Assembly: GCA_044220875.1 (NCBI GenBank)
Contig: JBGAQH010000007.1
Location: forward strand, 31,673-95,672
Direction: 5' to 3'
From: Phycisphaerales bacterium
GTDB taxonomy: Bacteria > Planctomycetota > Phycisphaerae > Phycisphaerales > SM1A02
DNA length: 64,000 bases
Position numbers and translations under genes: made by a program
Notes under the pieces: model-generated
Told to the model about the DNA's origin: nothing
Seen by the model: only the letters and a program-made list of their open reading frames with translations
Databases searched by the model: none
Part shown: piece by piece, positions 9,228 to 17,066 of the stretch
Layout of the letters: each line of letters begins with the position of its first letter
Numbering within the stretch: the first letter of the stretch is position 1

Positions 9228-9765
9228 TGCGCGCCGATTACAGCATGAGGCTGTGCCGGCAGGTCTGATCTTGGATCTTGACCAGACGCTGATCGATTCG
9301 AGATCTGCGGCCGATCTTCGGCGCATGCGCCGCTGGTCCCAAGCTCGGGCCATGATTCCAACGTTCGCAATCCTACCCGGCGTTAGGCAGCTCTTGGCGA
9401 CACCACGGCCGTTCAGGATCGCAGTCGTTACCACATCACCGCGACCGTATGCAAAAGCGGCAATGGAGCGGCTCCAGATCGAGGGTGAACCGCTGGTTGC
9501 CTATCACGATGTGCGTCATCACAAGCCGAATGCCGCGCCCATGCTTAGGGCGCTTGAACTTCTTGGTCTATGTGCGGCTAGCGTCTGGGCTATCGGCGAC
9601 AGCCCTAGCGACACCGCCTCCGCGAGGAGTGCTGGCATTCGATCAATCGGCGTGCTTTTCGCCGCCGAAGACAGGGGAGGGCTCGGAGACTCTCGGCCAG
9701 ATCTGCTCGTAGAGTCCATTGAGGAGCTCTGCTTCAATTGCCTTCGGCGGGATCTACGACAGTAA
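9214..9765 (+). CDS. HAD-superfamily phosphatase
   Basis: Motif I LILDLDQTLIDS, then HHKPNAAP, then motif IV AIGDSPSDTASARSAGI. The ATG at 9214 overlaps the dprA-like 3' end by 14 nt. The track ORF 9097 start lies inside the upstream gene. Confidence 0.7.
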   Translation: MQSPDARRLQHEAVPAGLILDLDQTLIDSRSAADLRRMRRWSQARAMIPTFAILPGVRQLLATPRPFRIAVVTTSPRPYAKAAMERLQIEGEPLVAYHDVRHHKPNAAPMLRALELLGLCAASVWAIGDSPSDTASARSAGIRSIGVLFAAEDRGGLGDSRPDLLVESIEELCFNCLRRDLRQ

Positions 9766-9786
9766 CGTCTGAGCCGTTCTGTCTCG

Positions 9787-10218
9787 TCACCACCGAGAGA
9801 GCGGACACGTCGCATCCGGCATCGTGAGCTTCACGCTCAACGCCGCCCGCTTCCTTGTCCCGCATCCACACAGCCCGCAGAACCCGATCGGGTCATCGGG
9901 ATGCCTGACGAGCCCGCGACAGGTCTCGCAGGCCAGCCTCCTCCGCTCGGACTGCTCGTCCGCCACCTGGCCGTGGACAAGAAGTGACAACTCCGCCTTC
10001 GCGTAGGACGCGACGCGCTTCAGGATCCCGGGCGTCGGCGGCGGTTCGATTGCGGTCTCGCCAACCGGCCGGCCGCTTCGCGCGTCGATCCGTGTCTCGC
10101 AGTCGACCGCCGCGACGCGCTCCATGTAGGGGCGCTCCGCAGCCCAGTCGTCGGGCGCGACGAGATGCCGCACACCACCGCTCGGCAGTCTGATCCGATA
10201 GACCGCGCACTCACTCAT
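9787..10218 (-). CDS. phage distal-end protein with C-terminal Cys cluster
   Basis: ATGA overlap with the upstream gene at 10215-10218. C-terminus CETCRG…FCGLCGCG…ATCP. The longer track ORF (to 10932) overlaps the Cys-rich gene and is rejected. Confidence 0.55.
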   Translation of the reverse strand: MSECAVYRIRLPSGGVRHLVAPDDWAAERPYMERVAAVDCETRIDARSGRPVGETAIEPPPTPGILKRVASYAKAELSLLVHGQVADEQSERRRLACETCRGLVRHPDDPIGFCGLCGCGTRKRAALSVKLTMPDATCPLSRW

Positions 10219-11402
10219 GGCTCGGGACACTCCGGAAGTGACGGCTCGGGAGTCGGGTCGCCCGGCAGCCGCGTGCGGCAGTTCCGCTGCGATTCGTCCC
10301 ACGTGCAGCCGGTCGGTCCCACGCGCTCGAGCGTGCAGACGTGCGTCGGCAGTTCGAGGCACTGGTAGCCGTCCTCGATGTCGCAACTGAGCCGCGCCCA
10401 GAGGCGCGGGTGGCAGCAGATGACGCCGCCGTCGCACCGCGAGAGGTCGAGCGTGATCGTCGCCTGGCATCCCGGATCCCACTCGTCGGGGATCGAGCAG
10501 CACGGGTCGTTCGAACACGCGTCGACGCCGCAGGCGACGATCGTGCCCGAGGAGTCGAGGATCTGCTGGCCGGGAGCCGTCTCGCTCGTGCAGGTCGTGT
10601 CGGGACCGAAGCTGCACGCCCCGATGCAGAAGGGGCAATCGACGATCGCGAGCGGATCGCAGACGAAGTGCCATCCGAGCGCGGGTCGCGCCGCGATGTA
10701 GACGTCGCCCGACGGCGTGACGTAGCCGCACGGGAGGTCGCTGACGGGCCGGTGGTCCTCGGGCACGACGCAGCCGACCTGGTTCTCGAACTTCTTGCAG
10801 CCCGAGCAGACCCACCACCACTCGAGCGGGAAGATGCACTTGATGGACCCGCCCTCGTCGAGGAGCTCCTGCACCGACGGTGAGACCTCGGCGGTGACGA
10901 AGACGATCACGCGGTGGCAATAGGTGTCGCATCCGCCGCCGGGCGGGTCGTCACCGCCGCCCGGATCCGGAGGCGTCCAGCCCGGTCCCGGCGGCTCGAT
11001 CAGGATCGGCGTCGGGATCGCGTTGACGGGCTCGCACTCGTCGAACTCGGTCACGATGCAGTACTCCTCGGCGATCGCCTCGTACTCGACCCAGAGGTCG
11101 CTCGCCTGGGCGCTCGACATGCTGCCGCAGCAGTAGGTGTGCGTCAGGAACGGCGGGTTGCAGTCATCGAAGCAGGCGAAGGAGACGCCGCCGAAGTTCG
11201 TCGGTGGGAGGCCCGGTCGCGGGATCGTCAATCGGATCCGGTCGCCCGGTCGGTAGCAGCATCCGCCGCTCGCGTGCGTCTCGCCGACGAGGCAGCGGCA
11301 GCAGGGCGCTCCGCAGCAGCAGTCCACGCCGGCGGCCTCGTCGAGGAGCTTCGTCTGGCGGCGGGCCACCGCCCGCTCAAGCCTCAGGACACGCTTCGCC
11401 AT
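10215..11402 (-). CDS. extremely cysteine-rich putative tail-tip/receptor-binding protein
   Basis: About 40 Cys in 395 aa by manual count (VDCCCGAPCCRC, YCCG, DCPFCIGAC, DPCCS, VICCH). Its start lies immediately after the stop of the upstream tail gene. Position is distal to the tape measure protein. Confidence 0.65.
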   Translation of the reverse strand: MAKRVLRLERAVARRQTKLLDEAAGVDCCCGAPCCRCLVGETHASGGCCYRPGDRIRLTIPRPGLPPTNFGGVSFACFDDCNPPFLTHTYCCGSMSSAQASDLWVEYEAIAEEYCIVTEFDECEPVNAIPTPILIEPPGPGWTPPDPGGGDDPPGGGCDTYCHRVIVFVTAEVSPSVQELLDEGGSIKCIFPLEWWWVCSGCKKFENQVGCVVPEDHRPVSDLPCGYVTPSGDVYIAARPALGWHFVCDPLAIVDCPFCIGACSFGPDTTCTSETAPGQQILDSSGTIVACGVDACSNDPCCSIPDEWDPGCQATITLDLSRCDGGVICCHPRLWARLSCDIEDGYQCLELPTHVCTLERVGPTGCTWDESQRNCRTRLPGDPTPEPSLPECPEP

Positions 11403-11403
11403 C

Positions 11404-12210
11404 TCAGGGTGCCTCCTCGCAGTCGCGGTCGTCGACGACCTCGGTGAGCGCGATCAGCTTCCGCGTGACGTCGCCCGCCTCGCTGACGCACTGCCAGATG
11501 AGACAGGGGTCGCCGACGGCGGCGGGCTTCCAGTCGAAGTGGGCGGGGTCCAACGGACGGTTGACGGGCGCGCCGGTCACCGTGATGTCGGGGTCGTCGC
11601 ACGCGACCGCCGTGTACGAGGCGTTCAGCGCGCCCGAAACCGCCGTGATCGTCGCGGCGAACACTCCGCTCGCCGGTGGCGTCGGAGGCCCGAGCCAGAC
11701 GATCGCACGCTTCACGCCGGTGCCCGATTCCTTCCAGAGGATCGTGGCCTGCCCGGCCTTCGCGCTTCGGAGGTACGTGTCGCCGTCCTTCGCGGTCGCC
11801 CGCTTGTGGCCGACGTCGAGGACGTTCACCTTCGCCTGGACGACCCCGGCGACGACGAGCTTGCCGAAGCCCGACGCGCGCACCGGCTCGCAGGCGATGC
11901 CGAGCCAGCTCGAGGCGTTCGCGGTCGTCGCCGGCGAGCAGCTCACCGCGAGCCGCATCGCCCACTCCGCCTCGTTGTCTGAGGGGAGAATCACCGGCGC
12001 GGAGACGACCGCCACGGCGTGCCGGTCGATCGCGGTTGCGGTGGTGTTCATGGCGAGGGCCACGGTCGGCGTCGTCACGAGAAGCGCCGGGCTCTGGCCC
12101 CCGAGCGGGATCGCCATCGCCTCGACGCGCTTCGCGGCGTTCGCGAGCGAGTTCCAGTCGCCCGCACGGACGCGCAGACGCTCGCCGGCTCGGACGGATC
12201 GGAGGGTCAT
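11404..12210 (-). CDS. phage tail protein (unknown function)
   Basis: Start MTLRSV at 12210 overlaps the upstream stop (ATGA). In the tail-distal operon. The longer track ORF (to 12816) is an overlapping-frame extension. Confidence 0.6.
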   Translation of the reverse strand: MTLRSVRAGERLRVRAGDWNSLANAAKRVEAMAIPLGGQSPALLVTTPTVALAMNTTATAIDRHAVAVVSAPVILPSDNEAEWAMRLAVSCSPATTANASSWLGIACEPVRASGFGKLVVAGVVQAKVNVLDVGHKRATAKDGDTYLRSAKAGQATILWKESGTGVKRAIVWLGPPTPPASGVFAATITAVSGALNASYTAVACDDPDITVTGAPVNRPLDPAHFDWKPAAVGDPCLIWQCVSEAGDVTRKLIALTEVVDDRDCEEAP

Positions 12211-13019
12211 GTGCCGATCCCCAATGAGGCGAAGTCCGCGCTGTCGTAGACCTCCTCGACGTAGGCGAACGCGGGCTGCAGCACGATCCGGTTGGCGTCG
12301 ACGGCTGGTTCGTAGAGGACCCAGAGGTACTCCCAGCCGTGCTTCGCGATCCCGGTGATCGAGCCGACGGCGAGTCCCGTCGCGTTGTCGCTCGTCGCGA
12401 AGGAGAAGGTCACCTCCCAGACGTCGTCGCTCGCCCGCTTGCCGCCGCGCGCGCCGAGAAACAGCACCTCGCCGGCGGCGTGCCCGCGGAACGAGGCGTC
12501 GTTGACCTTGCCGGTCAGCGTCCGCAGGAGCCGCCGGTAGGACGCGGTCACGAACGCGTCGGAGAGGTAGTGCGTCTCCGAGAACCGCGCCTCGGGGACG
12601 AGGATGTCGCAGCCGTCGACGCCGTCCGGGGTGACGCCGATCGCGCCCTCGAAGTCGGGCATCGTCGGCGTCCCCGCCGGCGCGTAGCCGCCGACGGTGC
12701 CCTTCGACTGCGTGATGTGGCTCGTGGTCGTCCCGATCTCGAACGAGAAGCTGCTCTCGCCGACCTCGGGCGGCGGAGGGTCCTCGGTCGCTCGGTACGT
12801 CGAGGTCACTTCCCACAGCCCGCTCGACACGTCGATCGGCTCGACGCGGATCCGCCGGTTGCCGAGGCCGTCGTAGCTGGTCGGCAGCTGGATCTGGGCC
12901 TCGGTGCGGACCTCGATGTCGTCGTCGCCGGCGACGGCGAGATAGCGCAGCTCACGGCTCCCGCCCGTTCCGGTCTCGTGCGTTCGGCTGCTGGCAAGCT
13001 CGTGGAAGACGACGGTCAC
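12207..13019 (-). CDS. phage distal tail protein (putative)
   Basis: Immediately downstream of the tape measure gene (10-nt gap). No motif recognised; called by position. Confidence 0.55.
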   Translation of the reverse strand: MTVVFHELASSRTHETGTGGSRELRYLAVAGDDDIEVRTEAQIQLPTSYDGLGNRRIRVEPIDVSSGLWEVTSTYRATEDPPPPEVGESSFSFEIGTTTSHITQSKGTVGGYAPAGTPTMPDFEGAIGVTPDGVDGCDILVPEARFSETHYLSDAFVTASYRRLLRTLTGKVNDASFRGHAAGEVLFLGARGGKRASDDVWEVTFSFATSDNATGLAVGSITGIAKHGWEYLWVLYEPAVDANRIVLQPAFAYVEEVYDSADFASLGIGT

Positions 13020-13028
13020 GGTGGAAGC

Positions 13029-15014
13029 TCACTCCTGAAACACGAGTCCGTTGTCGGAGGCCTTGTCGAGGAGGCGGCGCAAGAGCCGGGCCGAGTCCTC
13101 GCTCGACTTCGCGATCCGTTCGAGCGGCCCGCCGCCGCCCGACTGGAGGCTCTGGGTCGCGGCTGCGCTGAAGGTGCCTCGCACCTCGGAGCGCTGCTGC
13201 GCCTGGCCGAATCCGGCGAGGATGTCGTCGATGGCGGGAATCCCTCGGCGGTCAGGTGTCGACGCGTCGCTTGAGGCTCGGGCGGCACGGGCCGCCTCGA
13301 TCGCCTGGGCGAGTTCTGCTTGGGCGGCGGCGAGCTCCCTCGCGTTCTCCGCGAGGGCGGCATCACGGGCAGTCGTGATCCGCTCTTGGTCTTGGACGAG
13401 TCCCTCGCCGATCGCCTTGATCGCCGCATCGCGCCGGGCCTCGGCGGCGGTGAGTCGGCCCTCGAGTCGCTTCGCGATCTCTTCTTCGTTCGAGCGGTTC
13501 GTCGCGTCGATCGCGGACCGGTTCCGCGCGGAGTCATCGCGCCGGGCCTTCTTCGCCGCTTCGACATCGAGCGTCGAGTCGACGAGGCCCATGAGTTCAA
13601 GGAGCCGGTCGGCAAGCCACCCGGTCACCGACTCGAACGCCGACCAGAAGGTCGACACGAGGGCGTTCCAGATCCGTCCGACGAAGGCCATCGCCTCAGC
13701 GGCGGCGGTCTCAAAGCCGCTCCAGATCTCGATGGCCCAGATCCGCGCGCCGCCGAAGACCTCGCTCGTCGCGGTCGCGAACCACGCCTTGAACTCGGTC
13801 CAGCGGTCCTCGAGAAAGTTGATGCCGCGGATCCACTCTGCCCGTATGCCGAGCCACGCGACGCGCGCGGCGAGCGCGAGGTCGCCCGCCATGAGGGCGT
13901 CACCGACCGCGCCGATGACGCTTGTGACCCGCTCCCTGAGTTCGGCGAATCGCTCGCCGAGCCAGGCGATCGCCGTGCCGCCGGCGCCTGAGAAGTACAT
14001 GATGGCAGCGGTCGCGCCGGCGGCGAGCGCGACGACGATCCCGAGCGGGGAGGCGAGGAGGAGGAACGCGGCCTTCGCGAGGAGCACCGCCTTCACGGCG
14101 AGGCCGAACGCGGTCGCGATCCCGCCGATGGCCGTCCCGAGGAGCGAGATGCCGAAGCCGACGCCGACGAGCGTCACGCCGACGAGGCCGACGACCGCGA
14201 CGACCTTCGCTGCGGTGACGACGAGGTCCCGATTCGCGCGGATCCACGCGACGATGCCCCCGACGACATGAGCGGCTCTCTCGGCGAGTTCCGTGACGAC
14301 CGGCGCGAGCGCCGCCCCGATCTGGAACGCGGCCGCCTTCGCGCTTCGTGCGAGGAGGTTGAGGGTGTCGTTCAGGAGCGCGGCGCTCTTGGCCTCGTCC
14401 GCCGAGACGGAGACTCCGAAATCGCTCGCCTGCTTGCGGAGTTCGGCGATGCCTTGGGAGCCCTCCTCGAGGAGCGGGATGAGGCTCGCTCCGGCCTTGC
14501 CGAAGACGCCGATCGCGGCGGCCGCGCGCTCGGCGGGATTGGTGATGGCCATGATCCGGTCGGCGACAAGCGACAGCTGGTCCTCGGGCGAGAGATTCGC
14601 AAGCGCACCAGCCGAGAGTCCGAGCTTGCCCAGTGCGTCGGCAGCGGAAGCGCTGCCCTCGCCGGCGGCGACCACCGTCCGCTGCATGACGCGGAGACCC
14701 TTCTCGAGGGTCTCGATGTCGCTGCCGGACTGCTCGGCCGCGAAGCCGAGTTCGGACACGGCCTCGACCGAGAGGCCGGTCCGGATCGCGGCCTTGTCGA
14801 GCGAGTCGCCGAAGTCACTGAAGAGCTTCACTCCCGCGACGAACGGGGCGCTCGCGGCAGCGGCCACGCCGGCCAGGGCGAGGCCGATGTTCCGGATCGA
14901 CGCACCGAAGGCCTTGAGTCGGGCCTCGGCGGCGCGAAGCGCCTTCGTGAACTTGTCGTCGACGCCGAGCTCGACGTAGGCCCGGCCCGCGCGGATGCCA
15001 GAGGATTTGGTCAC
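13029..15014 (-). CDS. tail tape measure protein
   Basis: 661 aa, Ala/Gly-rich helical protein with central hydrophobic segments. The N-terminal region FGDSLDKAAIRTGLSVEAVSELGFAAEQSG is typical of TP901-type tape measure cores. Confidence 0.85.
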   Translation of the reverse strand: MTKSSGIRAGRAYVELGVDDKFTKALRAAEARLKAFGASIRNIGLALAGVAAAASAPFVAGVKLFSDFGDSLDKAAIRTGLSVEAVSELGFAAEQSGSDIETLEKGLRVMQRTVVAAGEGSASAADALGKLGLSAGALANLSPEDQLSLVADRIMAITNPAERAAAAIGVFGKAGASLIPLLEEGSQGIAELRKQASDFGVSVSADEAKSAALLNDTLNLLARSAKAAAFQIGAALAPVVTELAERAAHVVGGIVAWIRANRDLVVTAAKVVAVVGLVGVTLVGVGFGISLLGTAIGGIATAFGLAVKAVLLAKAAFLLLASPLGIVVALAAGATAAIMYFSGAGGTAIAWLGERFAELRERVTSVIGAVGDALMAGDLALAARVAWLGIRAEWIRGINFLEDRWTEFKAWFATATSEVFGGARIWAIEIWSGFETAAAEAMAFVGRIWNALVSTFWSAFESVTGWLADRLLELMGLVDSTLDVEAAKKARRDDSARNRSAIDATNRSNEEEIAKRLEGRLTAAEARRDAAIKAIGEGLVQDQERITTARDAALAENARELAAAQAELAQAIEAARAARASSDASTPDRRGIPAIDDILAGFGQAQQRSEVRGTFSAAATQSLQSGGGGPLERIAKSSEDSARLLRRLLDKASDNGLVFQE

Positions 15015-15079
15015 GAGGCGTAGCCCCCAGCGTAGACAGGCAACTGCGTGAGGCGAGGGAGCGGTAGGATCCGACGGCT

Positions 15080-15655
15080 ATGGCGACCAATCTGGTTCTG
15101 TATGGCCCGTTTCCTGTTCCGTACTCTGTTGTCGCGGGAACGAAGAGCATCGCCCCAGCGGACGCCCGGGCGTTTTGGGGGCAGGCGGCGCTCTTGCCCC
15201 TGGCCACGAAGAATGGCTGCTACGTGTTCGCACTGAAGGCGAGCCAAGGCTACTTGCCCTGGTATGTGGGCATTACCGGGAAGAAGAAGTCCAAGAAGCG
15301 ACCAAAGCGGGCAAAGGCGGCCAGCTCGCCAATCGGGCGATGGGGGCTGAAGCACGAGACGTTCACGCCAGACAAGCTCAAGAAGTTCAACCGCGCAATG
15401 TCGCTCCGAAAGACAGGTGCACCAGTAATGTTCTTGGTCGCCCCCGCTGGGAGCATTCGGAAGATCCCAACCGCTGAGCTCCTGCACATGGAGAAGGAGC
15501 TCATTCAGAATGCACTCGCGCGAAATCCGGCATTGATAAACACCCAACACACCAAGAATCTCCCTCGATGGTGCATCAAGGGAGTTATCCGTGGCGGAAA
15601 GGGCCGTCCGAACAGCGGCGAAACGGCGTTCAGAAAGCTCCTCGGGTTGGCCTGA
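15080..15655 (+). CDS. GIY-YIG-like nuclease domain protein (opposite strand insertion)
   Basis: NGCYVFAL…LPWYVGITGKK resembles GIY…YIG. Downstream ELLHMEKELIQNALARNPALIN resembles the E..LI……N helix. Visibly lower G+C than flanks. It is the only plus-strand gene in the tail module. Confidence 0.45.
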   Translation: MATNLVLYGPFPVPYSVVAGTKSIAPADARAFWGQAALLPLATKNGCYVFALKASQGYLPWYVGITGKKKSKKRPKRAKAASSPIGRWGLKHETFTPDKLKKFNRAMSLRKTGAPVMFLVAPAGSIRKIPTAELLHMEKELIQNALARNPALINTQHTKNLPRWCIKGVIRGGKGRPNSGETAFRKLLGLA

Positions 15656-15670
15656 TGCGCGGGAGATAGT

Positions 15671-16171
15671 TCACCTCTTGGAAACCGAGTTCCGCAGTTG
15701 CTCGGGAAGCTTCGACTGTTCTCGCTCAAGCGCCGGCCGCATGTAGGGCCGCGCCGCGATCTGGACCGTCTTCGTCTCCCGCTTGCCCTTCGCGTATCGC
15801 GTGACCTTCGCCGTGCCGCCGAACTCGAGCGTCGACGGGGCACCGCTCCCGCCGTTCAGCTTCGCCGGTCCGACGACGACGCTCTTCGCCGACGGGTCGA
15901 ACGCGAAGAAGAGGTTGTCGCGCAGGAGCCCGGTGTGCGACATCGGCGGTTCGCCGGGCTTGCTCTGCCGGACGACCATCTTCCGCGGCTCGCCCTTCTT
16001 CGTGCGGCCCTTGGCAAACACCTTGGCGTCCTTGATCGACTTCTGTGCCGAGCGCATGAGGATCGCGCCGCCGCGTGACAGGGCCTTCCGCGTGGCCGCG
16101 TCGACACGCTCGATCACGAACGCGCGGTCGAAGAACAGGTTCTTCGCGCGGCTGACAGACATCTGGAGCAT
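15671..16171 (-). CDS. HK97 gp10-family head-tail/tail-completion protein
   Basis: …PGEPPMSHTGLLRDNLFF… and …AARPYMRPALE… are typical of the HK97 gp10 family. 2-nt gap from the upstream gene. Confidence 0.65.
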   Translation of the reverse strand: MLQMSVSRAKNLFFDRAFVIERVDAATRKALSRGGAILMRSAQKSIKDAKVFAKGRTKKGEPRKMVVRQSKPGEPPMSHTGLLRDNLFFAFDPSAKSVVVGPAKLNGGSGAPSTLEFGGTAKVTRYAKGKRETKTVQIAARPYMRPALEREQSKLPEQLRNSVSKR

Positions 16172-16173
16172 CG

Positions 16174-17046
16174 CTACGCCTCCGCCTTCGCAAGTGCGTA
16201 CTCGCGGCGGGCGACCTCGTCTCCGGCGATCGCTGCCTTGGCCTGCTTCCGCACGCTCTCGTCGGCCGCGATCTTGTCGATGCCGAAGCGCTCGGTCACG
16301 GCGATGACGCGTCGCGCGCCGTCGCGCTGCTCGACCGCCTCGTCGCGTTCGTCCTCCAGGTCCTTGTGCCTCCGCCGGTTCCGCACCGCGACCAGCGTGC
16401 CGATCGATCCGCCGCCGAGGATGGCGGCCAACCCCGTCTCGAGGATGCCCGACACCTGCGACGCGACCGCACCGGCGCCCGGAACGCCGAGGCCGCTCAG
16501 TTGGCCGCCGAGCGCCTTGACGCCCTCGGCGGTCCGCGTGATCGCGACACCCGTGGCCTCCGCGAATCCGTCGAGGGTCGCCTCGTGCTCTGCGAGCTCG
16601 CGACGGGCCTTGGCGGCAGCGACCTCGAGCTTGATCGCCTCCTCGTCGTAGTCGGCCAGCAGCCGAGCGATCGCGGCGGACTCGTTGGTGAGGCCCTCAA
16701 GCTGCGCGTCGACCTCGCGGATCGACGCCAAGAGGATCGGGCGAGCCTCGCTCGGCGCGGTCGCCAGCTTCCCGGCAAGCTCGGACTGCATGCGCTCGAG
16801 CACCTCTCGGCGCTGGCCGATCCGGTCTTCGGATGCCTTCACGTTCGCCGCCTCGCGCTCCGCCTGGGCGCGGCGCTCGTCGAGCGTCTCGACGTCCTCC
16901 TCGGCCTGCTTCAGCTTGGCTGCAGTGTCCCGCACCTCGGTCGAGGTGGGCGCACCGACCATCGTCGCGACGCCGTCGCGGATCGTCTCGCAGCCGGGGA
17001 AGAGAAGCAGGGCAAGCAGGAAGGTCGCGATCGTGATGAGCCGCAT
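16174..17046 (-). CDS. lipoprotein-signal / coiled-coil / C-proximal TM protein (spanin-like or exclusion protein candidate)
   Basis: N-terminus MRLITIATFLLALLLFPGC (lipobox-like). Long E/A/R-rich heptad region. Hydrophobic GILETGLAAILGGGSIGTLVAV followed by RNRRRHK. GGAGG Shine-Dalgarno sequence 5 nt upstream. Confidence 0.6.
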   Translation of the reverse strand: MRLITIATFLLALLLFPGCETIRDGVATMVGAPTSTEVRDTAAKLKQAEEDVETLDERRAQAEREAANVKASEDRIGQRREVLERMQSELAGKLATAPSEARPILLASIREVDAQLEGLTNESAAIARLLADYDEEAIKLEVAAAKARRELAEHEATLDGFAEATGVAITRTAEGVKALGGQLSGLGVPGAGAVASQVSGILETGLAAILGGGSIGTLVAVRNRRRHKDLEDERDEAVEQRDGARRVIAVTERFGIDKIAADESVRKQAKAAIAGDEVARREYALAKAEA

Positions 17047-17066
17047 GGGGCCTCCAGATGTTTGGT

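Noticed and set aside
9787-10932. 381-aa version of the last tail-side ORF. N-terminally extended versions also appear at 11404-12816, 18985-19653, 24699-25691, 30496-31317, 33630-35825 and 36191-37078.
   Set aside because: The extensions overlap neighbouring, better-supported genes in another frame. Internal ATGs that abut or overlap the upstream stop (often ATGA) give compact operon geometry.
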